Shown one piece after another: positions 61,976 to 64,000 of a stretch of 64,000 bases of DNA (its first letter is position 1; every line of letters starts with the position of its first letter). The stretch comes from Felis catus (taxonomy: Eukaryota), in assembly GCF_018350175.1 (NCBI RefSeq), contig NC_058368.1, forward strand, positions 81,718,001-81,782,000. Direction: 5' to 3'. Made by a program: the position numbers and the translations under genes. The notes beneath the pieces were generated by a model, which had not been told where the DNA came from, ran no database searches, and was given only the letters and a program-made list of their open reading frames with translations.

Positions 61976-64000
61976 GTGTGTGTTTTTTTGTAGGGGAGCC
62001 ATGGGGACCATTCACACACCCTTGGGGGCCACTCAGGCAAGGACTTGACCTGTATGTGGTTCACCTGTGGTCCCCCAGGGACACGGAAATCTGTGGCCGC
62101 TCCGGGGTCATGTCCCACCCCTCCTCCCCAAGCCCCATGGGAGGGCGTCTCATGATCTCCCAGGTGATGGGGGGGCTACCTCCTGCTCCTGCACGCCCAG
62201 AACAGAGCCGCAGCTATAACCCCTTTGCTGCCCCTGGACTTGGTTCTTGGCACCAGGGTGTGGGACTGCTGTTCTGTTGGAAAGGACATTCTGACGGTGC
62301 TCTGCACTTCAAAGGGGCCTTCAACCCCCTGCCATAGCCTTTCTTCCAGAGCCCTGTGGGTGGCTTCCTGCCACCCCCGCCCCTCCCTTCTGAGCAGACA
62401 GGCGAGTTGCCCTTGTAGCTACTGGTAAAGGCGGGTTAGCTCTTTGCAGACCTGCTGGTCTACATGCATCCTAGGCCACAATCCCCCCGGAGGTGAGGAA
62501 CTGTGGCTAAGCCCATTTTGTGGGCTCTTCTCCCTGAACTACAGGCTCCGGCCCTGCTGGTGACCTCTGATCTGTGCATGAGTCCAGGCCAGTGTTAGGG
62601 ACACCGCCGTTAAGAGAAACAGCTAAGTAGGTATATTTATTCTGACACTTAGTAGGTTTACAATTAATAGCTGGAACAACCCTGCGTTTGTCACTTGGAC
62701 ACAGTGTCTGCCATTTGGTTCAGCAGCAGGATGTAAAGACCCTTGAAATATTGAGGTTCGTAAGGAGTGTTAGTAACGCCTCTTAGGAAGACAGAGCTTG
62801 TTTTCACGTCGAAGGTTAGACAGGTGGGAACTCAGGGAAAAGCAGACGCTGAGAGGCAGTGCTTGCTGGGTGGTTTCTTCCCAACACTGGGGCTCCTAGG
62901 GAGGACAGAGCCCTGCAGGACTCACCCAGGGCCGTGGGCTCCCGGGCGAGGCCTGCGCAGAGCTCAGGGCACAGCAGTCCTAACCTTACACATTTCTCAT
63001 CAGCAGTTTCATGAAAGCTGATTTGCTGGAGTCTGCTGCTAGGATTTTCCTTTACCTTTGAAACTGTGGATACCGGAGAGGCTGTGATCTTGCCTGTCGT
63101 ACAAGGAAAAGTCAGAGGTCCTGCCCAAAATCAAGGCTTTTGGTGCCTCGAGGCTCGTTAGTGAGAAGAATGGGCAGGAGCCGTCCTGTCTCTCTGTTGA
63201 TTACATTTTGGAGAAATGGGGATGAGGATACCGTGGGGGAAGATAAAGTAGACCCTGTTCCGGAAATTACCTTAATCGAGGACCCTTAGGGAGGTTGGCA
63301 TTCTGATGCACAGATTGCAGACAGAGGACATCTGAACCCCACGCAGAGCACCCAAAGTTCTCAGAGGACACGCTGGGAGATGTGAGGAGCCCTTCCCAAG
63401 TCAGAGGCCGCAGCGCAGTGAGCAGAAAGCCAACATTTATGAAACAGCACCAGAAACACGAGAGAGCAGGGTCCCTTATGTCTCGTTTTCCCGTATTTAT
63501 GTCCCCTGGTCACCATTGGTTTAAAACCTACTAAAATGTATTTCTTGCCTTGAAGAGTTTGAAAACCCCTGGGTTCGCGGTCAGGTTGATATGAATATGA
63601 TTTTCTCCTTTGTGCAAACCTTTCTTGTCACGCCCTGTGCTGGCCACACGGCACCCGGCTCTTGAGGAGCCTGTGTGCCGGGCACGGTCACAGTCACGGC
63701 AGCGTCCGACCTGTCCCACGTGGGAGCCGTGGGCCCAGACTTCAGCAGGTGGCGGCTTCTGCCTGTCCTTTGGGGATTGTTGTCGTCATCGTGTATCTGG
63801 GAATCAGAACTCTGAGCACGTGTGAGGGGAATCATCGCTCTCCGTGGAGTTAGAGACTTGACTCCACTGGTTTTGTGACTTGGTTTCTCAGTCTAAAGGC
63901 CAGGTCTTACTCAGTACTCGCAGGCAGGTCCCTGAACTTCTTAGGAGGAGTTATGAGAAAACAGCCGGAGGGGCGGTGATGGAGGGAAGCCGTCCTTGGA

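Larger units (their letters stand above)
15236..64000 (+). other. ATP11A: ATP11A intron 1 (partial, runs off the window)
   Basis: Begins at the GT donor. I saw no sequence encoding the expected next residues (CAGEENWVDSRTIYVG...) in the ORF track or by eye. A very long first intron is expected for this gene. Confidence 0.8.

Noticed and set aside
1..64000. Foreign, horizontally transferred or viral coding insert
   Set aside because: I saw no compositional break, gene-dense segment, or gag/pol/env, transposase or L1 ORF2 coding remnant. A translated database search would be needed to exclude very diverged remnants.

Overview
This is mammalian genomic DNA, almost certainly from a felid: the tRNA-derived Can-SINEs include a near-consensus SINEC_Fc-type copy. 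It is not prokaryotic, so the six-frame ORF track is almost all noise from GC-rich non-coding sequence. The window holds about 14 kb of upstream sequence, the CpG-island promoter and first coding exon of the P4-ATPase lipid flippase gene ATP11A (+ strand, MDCSLVRTLVHRY then a GTGAGT donor, 15197-15235), and about 49 kb of intron 1. I did not find exon 2. Upstream on the minus strand is a processed pseudogene of ATP synthase subunit g (ATP5MG/ATP5L). The remainder is Can-SINEs, older interspersed repeats (L1, L2, MIR, MLT1, MER5/MER20, a Tigger-type MITE, LTR fragments) and many GC-rich minisatellites. I found no convincing new biological system. The best leads are two uORFs ahead of the ATP11A start codon, a possible divergent transcript ending in the retrocopy, motif-dense minisatellites (notably a GATA/MRE/M-box array upstream), four closely spaced inverted SINE pairs, and a cluster of serial micro-duplications. 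Gene and repeat family names come from recalled sequences, not database searches, and repeat boundaries are approximate.
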